The notes: generated by a model from the sequence alone, not told the origin. Shown: positions 9,722-20,366, numbered from the stretch's first letter. The stretch is DNA of 40,214 nt from an uncultured delta proteobacterium (GCA_963802945.1 CAWDKY010000041.1:1-40214), one strand, 5' to 3'. Numbers and translations are program-made.

Positions 9722-12700
9722 TTAGAATTTATACCCCTTCTCTGTGAAAAGCCTCAGGCAGGCATCGACCGCAGCCGTGCTGTATAATTTCCCTTTGTTT
9801 TTTGAAATCTCATCCAGGGCTACCTCAATCCCCAGGGCAGGCCGGTAAGGCCGATGAGAGGCAATGGCCTCGACAACATCTGCCACCATCAGGATCTGAG
9901 CCTCGATCAAGATTTGATCCCCTTTAAGGCTCGAAGGATACCCGGAACCATCCAGCCGTTCGTGGTGCTGGAGGGCGATCTCGGCAATAGGCCAGGGGAA
10001 CTCTATATCCTTCAGGATATCATAACTGGTTTGTGAGTGACCCTTGATCAGGCTGAATTCAATATCAGAAAGCTTGGTCGGTTTACTTAAGATTTCGGCC
10101 GGCACCGATATCTTGCCCAGATCATGGACTAAACCGGCCATGCGGATAGCCTCAACCTGGTCTTTAGGCAGGCCCATTTCCTGGGCGATACTCCGCGCCA
10201 GGGCGGAGACCCGTTGTTGATGCCCAGCGGTGTAAGGGTCTTTGCTTTCCACGGTCAAGGCCATGGCCTGTATGATCCCTCCCATGGTTCTATGCACCTT
10301 TTCAAAACTTTGCTTGAGTTCTTCTTCGGCTCTTTTCCGTTCCGTGATGTCGCTTAAGGCCCCGATCCATTTGTAACCCCTTCCTTCTTCATTCCGCAGA
10401 CACATGCCGGCACTTTTTACATGGATGATATCACCGTCTTTTCCAACCAACCGGTATTCCTCCAGATGCGGGTCCCCTTGCTTCAAATGTCTTATCGTTG
10501 CCTGTGTGATACGTTCAAGGTCTTCAGGATAAATTTCTTTAACAAAGACGGCATTGGTATCAGGAAGTTCACCTAACATATCACCAAGTCGTTCAACGGC
10601 TTTACCGAACCAATTAACTCGACCTGATTGGAGATCCCATTCATAAATAAAATCATTGGCACTTTCGGCGGCCACACGAAAACGCTCTTCGCTGGTTTGT
10701 ACGGCCTTCTCTGCCTTTCTAAGTTCGGTCACATCCCGGACGATGCCCCGGAACCCGAGGATATCCCCCTTCGAATCCCTGATCAAAGATACCGAGGCCT
10801 CCAGATTTTTCTTTCCCCCACCCTTGGTGATAATTTCATAATAGATGCCCTTGGAAGGTTCTCCGGTGTTATAAACCCGGTTAAAGTGCCGAAAAAGGAT
10901 TTTAGCGTTCTGGGCATCGGTATATTGTCGATTATTCATACCCAACAGTTCTTCTCTTGAATATTCATGTACCCGAACCATGGCATCATTGAAATAGGTC
11001 AGGTTGCCGGCCAGGTCCGTCTCATAATACCCATCTTCAATGGTTTCAATAATGGTCCGGTATCGCTCCTCACTTGCTTTAAGAGCCTCCTCGGCCTTTT
11101 TGCGCTCGGTGACATCTCTCCCGTAAATATTAACATATTTATTGTCACTAGTTGGCGAAAACATAATTGAAAACACAAGTTCTCCGCAAGAGATATCCAT
11201 CGTAATTTTTCTCTTGCTGGCGATTGTATCCACAACCAGTTTACATAGAGACGTGGGGAGATAATTCCCCACTGCGGTATTCCAATCAAAAAGTAATGGT
11301 TTGCTGGCCTCATTGGAATAGACAATTAACCCGTCTGGCTCAACTCGCAAAACCGGATTGGGGTTTTCCTGGGGGAATCGCGCTAAATCCTCGATTTCTT
11401 TTTCCACCTGCTTCCGACCGGTAATGTCAGTATAGGCGATCACCACCCCGTAGTCTTCCAGGAGAATGGGAGCGGCAGTCACATTGATCCAGGTGATTTC
11501 ACCTTCTCCCTTGACAATACCCATTTCGACATTTTCAATCAGGCGATTCCCTTTCAGTGCCCTGACGCTGGGAAACTCATCTGCCGGCATGGGAGAACCG
11601 TCAGGCCGGATAATGCGCCATTCTGGGCCGTCAACCGTTCTTTTGGTATGTGCTCCCCTCGGCAATCCCAACAACTTCTCTGCCTCTTTATTGCTCTCCA
11701 AGATATTGCCGGCCTTATCCGTAATAGTAACGCCGAGAGGTAATGCCTCAAATAGGGTTTGATATTTTGTCAAACTAATCTCGTTTGCTTCCTCTGCCCG
11801 CTTGCGCTGTGTTTCGTCGGTATATACAGCAACGATCTCTCCCGATGGGAGCTTGTAAACGAAATTGTCTCTCCAACCATATATTCGTGCATCTTTATAT
11901 AGTTTTACCGGATAATGCTCGGATTTTCCTGTTTTCCATACCCTTTGAAATACATCAAAGAGACCGAATTCTTTTACCCCAGGGAAGACATCGGCAATAC
12001 TTTTTCCAAGAATATCTTCCTTTTTAACCTGCTCAATTGCCTCCGCCCCTTTATTGAAATCTTTGATAATAAAATTGTTTCCGTTGTCCTTGGTTTCATA
12101 TACGGCAACACCACTGGTCATGTTATTGAAGAGCTCACGATAGCGCTCCTCACTTTCCTTAAGTGCCTCCTCGGCCCGCTTGCGGTCCGTAATATCTACG
12201 ATAGCACCTCTAAGCCCAACAGGTTTGTCATCACTGTAAATGACACTTGAGACTACTATGGCAGGAAAGACAGAACCATCCAACCTCTTTAAATTATATT
12301 CAGTCCCTTCTATCTGCCCCCCCTTTAATAGCCTTTTAATGTTCTTACTGGATTTTTCAGCCTCTTCAGGTGAAAATATCTGCCCGACTTTAAGACCCCT
12401 TTTTAAATCCTCTTCTGTCCCTCGAAATGTTCTATAAATAGCGCGGTTAGCAGAAGTAATATTGGTTTCCAAATCCATCTCATAGACTGGGATCGGTAAA
12501 AAATCATACAGCTCACGATATTTCTTCTCGCTTTCCCGCAGCGCCTGCTCCACCTTCCTTTGCTCGGTGATATCATGCGCCATGCCGCGCACAATGGGAA
12601 CCACCACGCCTTCGGTCCGCAACGTATTGTTATATTCCCAGTAACGGGTTTCGCCGGAGGCGGTTTGTACTCGCAAGATGCCGCTTGCCCGGCCTTTCTC

Positions 12701-13399
12701 TTGTATTTCTTTCAAGTAGACTTCAAACTTTTCACGCTGTTCAGGGGCAAGAAGGTCCCTCGGGTTCATTTGTAACAAGGATTCACGCGAATATCCCAAT
12801 GTCCTAACAGGTGCCTCATTCACAGAAAGCAGATTTCCCTCCAGGTCGTGGGTACAGATCAGGTCGTGGCTATTCTCAACCAGATCGCGATAGCGCTCCT
12901 CACTCTCCAGCAGCGCCTCCTCCGCCTGTTTGCGCTCGGTGATGTCATTTAGAAAATTCAAGGCAGCCGGTTTCCCCTTCCATGGAACAACAACTGCATT
13001 AGCCTCAACCCACCTTACCACTCCATCCCGTCTGACAACTCTGAAAGAATAAATCGGGGGGGCTTCTTCACCACTCATTCTCTTGTTATGACGCTCCATT
13101 ACCATTCCACGATCATCAGGATGGATAAACTCAATAAAAGGCTTTGAGGTTAACACCTCCGGAGGATATCCAAGTATTTTTACGCTTCCAGGGTTGACAA
13201 ATATTTGTTTTCCGTCTTGGATAATAGAAATCGATTCTGCCACATTCTCAACAACAAGACGATATTTCTCCTCCGATTCCCGCAGCGCTTCTTCTGATCG
13301 CTTGCCCCTAGCTTCTGATCTTTCGAGTTTATTAATCCTCCGGCGAAGATCTTCCAACTCGTGGATCAGTTGCTCTTTGGTCTTTTTGTCATCTTTCAT
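9722..13399 (-). CDS. Multi-PAS HD-GYP c-di-GMP phosphodiesterase
   Basis: About 8 PAS domains; DPYTAGHQQRV, HDLGK, HHERLDGSGYP, HRPYR; ATG 13399 with RBS GGAGA. Confidence 0.92.
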   Translation of the reverse strand: MKDDKKTKEQLIHELEDLRRRINKLERSEARGKRSEEALRESEEKYRLVVENVAESISIIQDGKQIFVNPGSVKILGYPPEVLTSKPFIEFIHPDDRGMVMERHNKRMSGEEAPPIYSFRVVRRDGVVRWVEANAVVVPWKGKPAALNFLNDITERKQAEEALLESEERYRDLVENSHDLICTHDLEGNLLSVNEAPVRTLGYSRESLLQMNPRDLLAPEQREKFEVYLKEIQEKGRASGILRVQTASGETRYWEYNNTLRTEGVVVPIVRGMAHDITEQRKVEQALRESEKKYRELYDFLPIPVYEMDLETNITSANRAIYRTFRGTEEDLKRGLKVGQIFSPEEAEKSSKNIKRLLKGGQIEGTEYNLKRLDGSVFPAIVVSSVIYSDDKPVGLRGAIVDITDRKRAEEALKESEERYRELFNNMTSGVAVYETKDNGNNFIIKDFNKGAEAIEQVKKEDILGKSIADVFPGVKEFGLFDVFQRVWKTGKSEHYPVKLYKDARIYGWRDNFVYKLPSGEIVAVYTDETQRKRAEEANEISLTKYQTLFEALPLGVTITDKAGNILESNKEAEKLLGLPRGAHTKRTVDGPEWRIIRPDGSPMPADEFPSVRALKGNRLIENVEMGIVKGEGEITWINVTAAPILLEDYGVVIAYTDITGRKQVEKEIEDLARFPQENPNPVLRVEPDGLIVYSNEASKPLLFDWNTAVGNYLPTSLCKLVVDTIASKRKITMDISCGELVFSIMFSPTSDNKYVNIYGRDVTERKKAEEALKASEERYRTIIETIEDGYYETDLAGNLTYFNDAMVRVHEYSREELLGMNNRQYTDAQNAKILFRHFNRVYNTGEPSKGIYYEIITKGGGKKNLEASVSLIRDSKGDILGFRGIVRDVTELRKAEKAVQTSEERFRVAAESANDFIYEWDLQSGRVNWFGKAVERLGDMLGELPDTNAVFVKEIYPEDLERITQATIRHLKQGDPHLEEYRLVGKDGDIIHVKSAGMCLRNEEGRGYKWIGALSDITERKRAEEELKQSFEKVHRTMGGIIQAMALTVESKDPYTAGHQQRVSALARSIAQEMGLPKDQVEAIRMAGLVHDLGKISVPAEILSKPTKLSDIEFSLIKGHSQTSYDILKDIEFPWPIAEIALQHHERLDGSGYPSSLKGDQILIEAQILMVADVVEAIASHRPYRPALGIEVALDEISKNKGKLYSTAAVDACLRLFTEKGYKF

Positions 13400-13427
13400 T
13401 TTTAAAGTCTCCAGTTGAAGCATTTAC

Positions 13428-13465
13428 AATAAAAAACCCCACTTCTCTTTTGAGAAACGGGGTTT
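13428..13465 (-). terminator. Intrinsic terminator-like hairpin, repeat copy B
   Basis: Minus strand AAACCCCGTTTCTCAAAAGAGAAGTGGGGTTTTTTATT, about 30 nt upstream of the HD-GYP ATG. Confidence 0.65.
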
Positions 13466-13824
13466 CCTGCATCCTTCCATTTACTTGCTCCCTTTTAGGG
13501 TATAGTGGCTAAATCGGAAGACAGATTACCTTACTAAACTGGCCTTTGAATGTACCACATTATACACCTTTTTGGGAACAGTAAATAGGGGAATTTTTCT
13601 TTAGAACGGGACCAGTAAATAAGAAGGGTTTGTCAACGATTACCGTTTGAAATCCTGTCTTTTTTCAAAAATGGAAATTTGAAGGGTACAAGGAAGTACT
13701 CCACCCCCTAAAAAAGACCTATTATGAAAAAATCCAGAAAAACATCATTAAACCTAACAGACCTTGCAAGATCACATCCTAACTTTCACCCTATAATTAT
13801 ATCATGCCGTATTTATAAAACCAC

Positions 13825-14836
13825 TTAACAAATCCTGGGGAGTTGTTCGCCGGTCAACATATCAATCAGTCGTTTCCCGCCGATAAGGGTTTTCATGACC
13901 ACCTTTCCGGGATTTTCCGCCTTCACTTCTCCGATCAGGGCAGCCTCCTGTCCGTAGGGGTTCTTTTTCATGGCGGCCAGGACGACTTCGGCCTGGGCTT
14001 GCGGCAGAATGGCGATTAATTTTCCTTCATTGGCAATATAAAGTGGATCCAGTCCCAGGATTTCCGAAGCGGCCAGGACACTCGACCTGATCGGGTATGG
14101 ACTCTTCCCAAAGCTCGATCCCGACAGAGGATTGTCCGGCGATTTCATTTAAGGTAGTGGCCAGCCCTCCACGGGTGGGATCGCGCAGCACATGAATTTG
14201 GGAACCGGTCTTTAACATCTCCTGAACCAATTGATTTAAAGGGGCCGCATCGCTTTTCAAGGGAGAATCAAAAGCCAGTCCTTCTCTCTTGGAAAGGATG
14301 GTCATCCCGTGATCTCCGATCGTACCGCTGATCAAAACGGCATCTCCCGGTTCGGCATTCTGCCCGGCGATGCGGATGCCTTCAGGAATAAGGCCGATCC
14401 CGGAGGTATTGATGAAGATCTTGTCAGCTGCACCCTTGGGAACCACCTTGGTATCGCCGGTAACCACTTGGACTCCGGCTTCCTTGGCTGCCCTTTCCAT
14501 GGAAAGAATGATCTGATCCAGATCTTTGATCGGAAATCCTTCTTCGATGATGAAACCGACGCTTAGAAAATAAGGACGAGCCCCTCTCATAGCCAGATCA
14601 TTGACCGTGCCGCAAACAGCCAGAGAGCCGATGTCACCACCTGGGAAAAAAATCGGGTCCACCACATAACTGTCGGTGGTAAAGGCCAGCCTGGCACCGC
14701 TCAATTCAAAAACAGCGCTGTCATTCATTTCATTTAAGAAAGGGTTTTGAAACCGGGGAACAAAAACCTTTTCAATCAATTCATGGGAGGCCCGGCCTCC
14801 ACTGCCGTGATCCAGGGTGATTTTATCAAAAGACAT
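13825..14836 (-). CDS. hypE: Hydrogenase maturation protein HypE (+1 frameshift about 14094)
   Basis: HGSGG, TTDSYVV.P.FFPGGDIG, GDTKVV, RDPTRGG; C-terminal GEQLPRIC in the shifted frame. Confidence 0.92.
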
Positions 14837-14951
14837 GGGAAATTCCTTTTCAGCTGCAAGCTATTCGCAATCGGCGATTAGTATTATAAAGCATCCTGAT
14901 GCAAAGTTTGGTCTGATGCTATACATAGCGACATAAGTTATTGTGTATAAT

Positions 14952-15029
14952 GTCATTCCGGCGAAAGCCGGAATCCAGTGTTTATCCCGCCGTTGGTGGG
15001 ACTGGATGCCGGATCAAGTCCGGCATGAC
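14952..15029. repeat. Palindromic GTCATTCC-type repeat doublet
   Basis: GTCATTCCGGCGAAAGCCGGAATCCAG ... CTGGATGCCGGATCAAGTCCGGCATGAC. Confidence 0.85.
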
Positions 15030-15094
15030 GGCAAATGGGTATGGAATTTATCAATAAAAATTGATGCCTTCATCTATAGATACTGACAGCTGCT

Positions 15095-16177
15095 TCATTC
15101 ATGATATTTATAATAGGCCGCGCAGGTCCCTTCGGTGGAGACCATGCAGGGGCCGAGAGGATTGTCCGGCAGACAAACGGTTCCAAACAATTTACATTGC
15201 AAAGGCGTCATGACCCCGCGTAAAACCTCTCCGCAGGCACAGCCCGGATGATCCTTAGCCGGAGGGACTTGAAGATCGAAATGATCTTCGGCCGCAAAGG
15301 CCCTGTACTCTGCTCGTAAAGTCAACCCGCTCTCCGGAATAAGTCCCAACCCGCGCCACGGGGCATCACAGGGAACAAAAACCTGATTAAGCACGGCCAA
15401 AGCCTTGAGATTCCCTTCTGCTGTGGCCCCGCGTTTATATTGGATCTCGACCCTGGCTTGATCCTTTTCGATCTGCTCAACCAGCAGGAGAACGGTTTCC
15501 AGTATATCCACCGGCTCAAAACCGCAGACTACACCAGGCACTTGATAGACTTGGGCCACATGTTCGTAGGCAGCGGTGCCGATCACTGTGGTTACATGGC
15601 CCGGATAGATAAAACCTTGAATATTCAAATCGCCCGAGTCCAGCAAAGCCGCTAAAGCGGGGGGTAGGAGTTTATGGGCCGATAAAATAAAAAAATTCTT
15701 TAAACCCAGGCGTTGAGCCTCCAGAACGGTGGCGGCAATAGCCGGGGCAGTCGTTTCAAAGCCGATAGCCAGGAAGACCACTTTTTTATTTGGGTTTTCC
15801 TGGGCTATTTTCAAGGCATCAAAACTCGAATAAACCAGGCGAATGACCCGTCCCATAGCTCTTTCCTGTTGCAAAGAGGAATCCGAGCCGGGGACCCGGA
15901 TCAAGTCCCCGAAGGTGGCGACAATGCCCTCAGGATATCGAGCCAGCTTGATGGCCCGGTCTATTTCTTCCGTGGCCGTCACGCATACCGGACAGCCGGG
16001 ACCGGAGATGAGCTGTATGTGAGGTGGCAGGACCTGCCGGATCCCATGCCGAAAAATGGCGACCGTATGGGTGCCGCAGACCTCCATCAGGTGGATTGGC
16101 TTTTTAGACCTGGCCCATATAGCGCTTATCAATTTTTGGGCCAGGTCTTTATCCCGATATTCACTGAGATGCTTCAT
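15095..16177 (-). CDS. hypD: Hydrogenase maturation protein HypD
   Basis: MEVCGTHT, SGPGCPVCV, GFETTAP, PGHV, GPCMVSTEGTCAAYY. Confidence 0.97.
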   Translation of the reverse strand: MKHLSEYRDKDLAQKLISAIWARSKKPIHLMEVCGTHTVAIFRHGIRQVLPPHIQLISGPGCPVCVTATEEIDRAIKLARYPEGIVATFGDLIRVPGSDSSLQQERAMGRVIRLVYSSFDALKIAQENPNKKVVFLAIGFETTAPAIAATVLEAQRLGLKNFFILSAHKLLPPALAALLDSGDLNIQGFIYPGHVTTVIGTAAYEHVAQVYQVPGVVCGFEPVDILETVLLLVEQIEKDQARVEIQYKRGATAEGNLKALAVLNQVFVPCDAPWRGLGLIPESGLTLRAEYRAFAAEDHFDLQVPPAKDHPGCACGEVLRGVMTPLQCKLFGTVCLPDNPLGPCMVSTEGTCAAYYKYHE

Positions 16178-16397
16178 CGGCCTGGGCCATCATTTCCTTC
16201 CAGTAGCGGAGACTTTCTTTGGCCTCTTCTTCATCAATCCGGTGAATGGCAAAACCGGCGTGGATAATGACATAATCACCAACCTCCGGCGGATAATCGA
16301 TCACATCCAGCCGGACCTCCTGCTTGTTTCCTTCGTATTCCACCACCGCCCAGTTATCAGTAATCTTTTTAACTTCCATGGGAACAGCTAAACACAT
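16161..16397 (-). CDS. hypC: Hydrogenase chaperone HypC
   Basis: MCLAVP N-terminus, GDYVIIHAGFAI. Confidence 0.97.
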   Translation of the reverse strand: MCLAVPMEVKKITDNWAVVEYEGNKQEVRLDVIDYPPEVGDYVIIHAGFAIHRIDEEEAKESLRYWKEMMAQADEASQ

Positions 16398-16469
16398 AAA
16401 TTTTTTAAGCTCCTATCAAACTTAGAAAGAATTTCTATGGTTCTTTTTCGGCAATTCCTTTTCATCCTT

Positions 16470-16534
16470 GTCATTCCGGACTTGATCCAGAATCTAGTCT
16501 TTTTAACCTGGATTCCTGCTTTCGCAGGAATGAC
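16470..16534. repeat. Palindromic GTCATTCC-type repeat doublet
   Basis: GTCATTCCGGACTTGATCCAGAATCTAG ... CTGGATTCCTGCTTTCGCAGGAATGAC. Confidence 0.8.
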
Positions 16535-16646
16535 GTTGGAAAGATCGTTTCAAATAGATTAAGGATACTATAACAGTATATCCGTTTTGTCTCAAAAAAA
16601 CAATCAGGTTCCGGTTAAGATTCACTTGCCCCTTGACCCCCACCCC

Positions 16647-18923
16647 TTATTTTTTTTGATTTATATAATGGGCCGCTACGGCCTGGCCCAGGGCAATCCC
16701 TCCGTCATTGCTGGGAATCAAGGCCTTGCTGTAAACTTGAAATCCTTCTTTTTGAAGTTTTTCTTCCATACCGGCCAGGAGGGTTCGGTTTTGAAAGACC
16801 CCACCGCCCATGACCACCTTTTCAAGGCCTGATTCATCCCTGATCTTTTTACAAACCTGAGTCAAGACTTCCAACAAGGTCAGATGAAATCTTCGGCTGA
16901 TGGATCCCGCAGATTTGTTTTTCAAAATATCCTGGACTACCCCCTGAATGATGGGTTGAAGTCTTATTTGAAACACTCTTTTCTCTTCGATTATTTCCAA
17001 GGGATATGGCGCATCCGCTTCTTTTCCCTGAAGCATTTCCAATTCCATAGCTGCCTGGCCTTCATAGGCCACGAAATCCCTCAAGCCGATCAAAGCCGCC
17101 ACACCGTCAAAGAGCCTCCCGCAACTGGAAGTGAGGGGGGAATTAATCCCTTGCTTGATCATCTTGAGGATGATTTCTATTTTTGATTTATCTTGTCTTT
17201 GTAGAAACGGCAAAGGCAGCTCCCATATCCCCTCTCCATAGGCCAAATATAAATAACTGACGGCCATACGCCAGGGTTCTTTGATGGCCTTGCTTCCGCC
17301 GGGCATGGGCAGATAGGCGAAATGACCTTTTCGTTCAAAGGAACATAGGTCCCCGACCAAAATCTCACCGCCCCAGATCCGGCCGTCAAGGCCATAACCG
17401 GTGCCGTCCAAAGAAAGACCGATCACCTTTTCCTGAAGCCCGTGTTCGGCCATACCACCCACGATGTGAGCAAAATGATGCTGAATGCCGATCAAGCGCA
17501 GGCCTTGCTGTTCCAGGGCATAGCGGGTGCTCAGATAATCAGGATGCAGATCATAGGCAATGATCTCCGGCTCGATTTGGAGAATCTGCTTTAGATGGTT
17601 TATCGTTAATTTAAAAAAGTTTAAGGTCTCTAAGTTTTCAAGGTCGCCGATGTGTTGACTTAAAAAGGCCCTATTATCCTTGGTCAGGCAGATGGTATTT
17701 TTAAGTTCCGCCCCGCAAGCCAGGATGGGGGATACTGATTCTCTTAGGAAGATCGGCACCGGCACAAATCCCCTGGATCGCCTTATCTGACGTGTCCGAT
17801 TGGCAACCCTCTGGATAATGGAATCGTCGCTGCGCAGATAGATATCACGATTGTGGACCAGAAAAAAATCGGCAATCCCTTCTAAACGGCGGAAGGCCTC
17901 GTCATTATCTAAGCAAATCGGTTCCTCCGAGAGGTTCCCGCTGGTCATGACCAGGGCAATAAAATCATAATCCATTAAAAGCTGGTGAACAGGCGTATAG
18001 GGGAGCATGACGCCGAAATATTGATTGCCCGGGGCCACTCCAGAGGCAATCGAATTGGGGAGTTTCTTGGGAAGCAAAACAATGGGACGCTCCTTGGATA
18101 AAAGAATTTCTGCTTCCTCGTTCCCGATAAAGGCATAGGCAGAAACTTGTTCCAGATCCCTGGACATCAATGCCAAAGGTTTTTCTTCCCGGTGCTTCCG
18201 GGTCCTTAAACGCATCACCGCCTCTTCCTGGGTGGCATCGACGGCCAGATGAAATCCCCCCAAGCCTTTGATGGCTACGATGCAGCCTTCTTTGAGAAAC
18301 CGGGCCGTTTCCCGGATCGGTGAAGCATGATTGATGAATTGCCCCTGACTGTCATGTAAAGAAACCTGGGGGCCGCATTTCCAGCAGGCATTAGGCTGGG
18401 CGTGAAACCGCCGGCTCATAGGAGAATGGTATTCCGCGGCACAGTCCGGGCACATGATAAAAGGGGCCATGGTGGTCTTGTCCCGGTCGTAGGGTATATC
18501 TTTAATAATCGTGTAGCGGGGTCCGCAATTCGTACAATTGATAAAGGGATATTGAAAACGTCGATCCCCCGGATCCCTGAGTTCCCTGAGGCAATCGGGA
18601 CAAGTGGCTATATCCGGAGAAATAAGCGCTGATCGTTCTTCTTGGACAATGCTTTGACGGATGGTGAATTCCCGGTCATGGACCAACGGTAGCGATTCAA
18701 CCCGGAGGTCAATAATTCGGGCCAGCGGCGGCGGGTTTTTTTGTACGGCCTTCAAAAAATCCTCAAGGACTTCAGCCTCCCCTTCTATTTCCAATTCCAC
18801 ACCCTGAGAGGTATTGGTTACATAGCCGGATAGATTCCAGCTTGTGGCCTGCCGGTAGATAAAAGGACGGAATCCAACCCCTTGAACGATCCCCTGTATG
18901 GAAACTCGATATCGTTTTTTCAT
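16647..18923 (-). CDS. hypF: Carbamoyltransferase HypF
   Basis: Acylphosphatase GIVQGVGFRP, zinc fingers CPDC..CTNCGPR and CPDC..C.KCGP, QHHFAH, DGTGYG, SSCGRLFD, NDGGIALGQ. Confidence 0.97.
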   Translation of the reverse strand: MKKRYRVSIQGIVQGVGFRPFIYRQATSWNLSGYVTNTSQGVELEIEGEAEVLEDFLKAVQKNPPPLARIIDLRVESLPLVHDREFTIRQSIVQEERSALISPDIATCPDCLRELRDPGDRRFQYPFINCTNCGPRYTIIKDIPYDRDKTTMAPFIMCPDCAAEYHSPMSRRFHAQPNACWKCGPQVSLHDSQGQFINHASPIRETARFLKEGCIVAIKGLGGFHLAVDATQEEAVMRLRTRKHREEKPLALMSRDLEQVSAYAFIGNEEAEILLSKERPIVLLPKKLPNSIASGVAPGNQYFGVMLPYTPVHQLLMDYDFIALVMTSGNLSEEPICLDNDEAFRRLEGIADFFLVHNRDIYLRSDDSIIQRVANRTRQIRRSRGFVPVPIFLRESVSPILACGAELKNTICLTKDNRAFLSQHIGDLENLETLNFFKLTINHLKQILQIEPEIIAYDLHPDYLSTRYALEQQGLRLIGIQHHFAHIVGGMAEHGLQEKVIGLSLDGTGYGLDGRIWGGEILVGDLCSFERKGHFAYLPMPGGSKAIKEPWRMAVSYLYLAYGEGIWELPLPFLQRQDKSKIEIILKMIKQGINSPLTSSCGRLFDGVAALIGLRDFVAYEGQAAMELEMLQGKEADAPYPLEIIEEKRVFQIRLQPIIQGVVQDILKNKSAGSISRRFHLTLLEVLTQVCKKIRDESGLEKVVMGGGVFQNRTLLAGMEEKLQKEGFQVYSKALIPSNDGGIALGQAVAAHYINQKK

Positions 18924-18974
18924 AAGTTAATATGAAAACAACCACAAACTAAGTTGATAGCTTGTTTGTTTATT

Positions 18975-19218
18975 GTCATGCCGGACCCCGTATCAAGTAC
19001 GGGGCAAGCCCGATCCGGCATCCAGGAAGCTTGATGCTTATATAACCTGGATTCCGGCTTTCGAGACTGTGTCGCAATTATATTTTTGTCATTCCGTGCA
19101 AGCGAAGCGCGACACGGAATCCAGTATTTTCATTAAGTTCTGGATGCCGGCTTTCGCCGGCATGACGGCTTTGATGGCGCTGTCCGCTATTACGACACAG
19201 CCTCTCCGCCGGAATGAC
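18975..19218. repeat. Palindromic repeat doublet interrupted by a MITE
   Basis: GTCATGCCGG...CCGGCATCCAG then CTGGATTCCGGCT-TTC-[insert]-TCC-GCCGGAATGAC. Confidence 0.75.
19063..19204. mobile_element. 142-bp MITE, copy 2
   Basis: Matches 4227-4368 apart from two substitutions seen by eye; flanks TTC/TCC. Confidence 0.85.
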
Positions 19219-19413
19219 AATTCAATCCCAACCAAAGTAATTTTTTCATCCTTCGTAATGCCCCCGAACTCCCTTCTTCCTAAAAAAGGCTCAAAAATCC
19301 AGTGGACTTTTGGCCTCTTTAATCGTGACCTTCTTCACCGTATGGATGCAGATCATTGCTGTCCGCACATTCTTACTCCTAGTCTAACAATAAAACATTA
19401 GGGAATAGAAATG

Positions 19414-19542
19414 ATTTGTCAAGACAATATTTACCATTTATAATAGGTTACAAAGTGTCTGAGAGGGTTGGCAAACCATAACTCATCTCAAACAGAATAA
19501 TGATCAGGGTTGCCTTCCCCAATTTAGATTTTAAATGGAGTT
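19414..19542 (+). promoter_or_regulatory. Repeated cassette-leader element with a near-consensus promoter (attI part missing)
   Basis: Close copy of 25821-25950; TTGTCA (19416)-N17-TATAAT (19439). Confidence 0.75.
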
Positions 19543-19547
19543 GTTGC

Positions 19548-20366
19548 ATGAATATAAATTTAGGTGGTATTCAAGAAACTCTATTAATACCATTATGGAG
19601 TCGTGCAAAATTCAGTAAGGAAAATAACCCTATACTTGTTGATTCAAGAGCAGTAGATATCGTTAAAAAAATCCCATATAATTTTAGTAAAATAGATAAA
19701 AATTTTCCTTATTTTCTTCATTTCCAGAATTTAGCCAGAACAAAGATGCTAGATACTACCATTAAAGAATTTTTATCAAATCACCCAAAAGCAACAATTG
19801 TAAACTTAGGAGCAGGATTGGATACTACGTTTTATCGAGTCGATAATAGATTATTAAATTGGTATGATATTGATCTTCCAGATGTTATTGAAATTCGGAA
19901 CAAACTTATCCCTGGAGCTGACCGCCTGCATTATATTGAGGGCTCGATATTTGAAATGAAATGGGTAAAAAATATTGCAAACGCTAAAGATGGAATTCTA
20001 TTTATAAGTAATGGCGTTCTAGAATATTTTCAGAAAAGTGTGGTTAAAAAATTCTTATCTGATATGGCAGATAATTTTCCAGAAAGCGAAATCGTATTTA
20101 ATACCATACGCAGGAATATAATAATTTCTTATTTTAACAGAAGAATGATGAAACGATTAGGGATGAAATCAGCAACTACTAAATGGGGAATTAAAGATCC
20201 AGAGAAAATAAAACGATGGGATAAACGCATTGTTGTCTTAGCAAGTTATCCACTTTTTTCAAAAATAAAAATACAAAGAAATTGGGATACAAATCATGTA
20301 AAAGCAATGAACCGTTTTGATAAATGGAAGGCAGTAAACATAGTGCATTTGAAATTCATGAAATAA
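19548..20366 (+). CDS. Class I SAM-dependent methyltransferase (leucine carboxyl methyltransferase/TcmP-like)
   Basis: ETLLIPLWSRA, VNLGAGLDT.FYR, WYDIDLPDVI; strongly AT-rich, followed by a half attC. Confidence 0.87.
   Translation: MNINLGGIQETLLIPLWSRAKFSKENNPILVDSRAVDIVKKIPYNFSKIDKNFPYFLHFQNLARTKMLDTTIKEFLSNHPKATIVNLGAGLDTTFYRVDNRLLNWYDIDLPDVIEIRNKLIPGADRLHYIEGSIFEMKWVKNIANAKDGILFISNGVLEYFQKSVVKKFLSDMADNFPESEIVFNTIRRNIIISYFNRRMMKRLGMKSATTKWGIKDPEKIKRWDKRIVVLASYPLFSKIKIQRNWDTNHVKAMNRFDKWKAVNIVHLKFMK

Noticed and set aside
13440-13560. c-di-GMP riboswitch upstream of the HD-GYP gene
   Set aside because: The c-di-GMP-I hallmark motifs (GGCAAAC...GAAA...GACGCAAAGC) are not visible.
4211-19218. 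Palindromic repeats as a CRISPR array
   Set aside because: The copies are dispersed with no regular repeat-spacer period, and no cas genes are present.
19221-19380. RBS (AGGAG) plus ATG 19370 on the minus strand giving MCGQQ-UGA-SASIR-UGA..., a possible selenoprotein or metal-sensing leader peptide upstream of hypF
   Set aside because: No recognisable SECIS hairpin or protein family, and the read-through product looks random; it cannot be supported without homologs.
18973-19401. 142-aa plus-strand ORF (and similarly 4242-4559 on the minus strand)
   Set aside because: These are translations of MITE/palindromic repeat DNA, not credible proteins.
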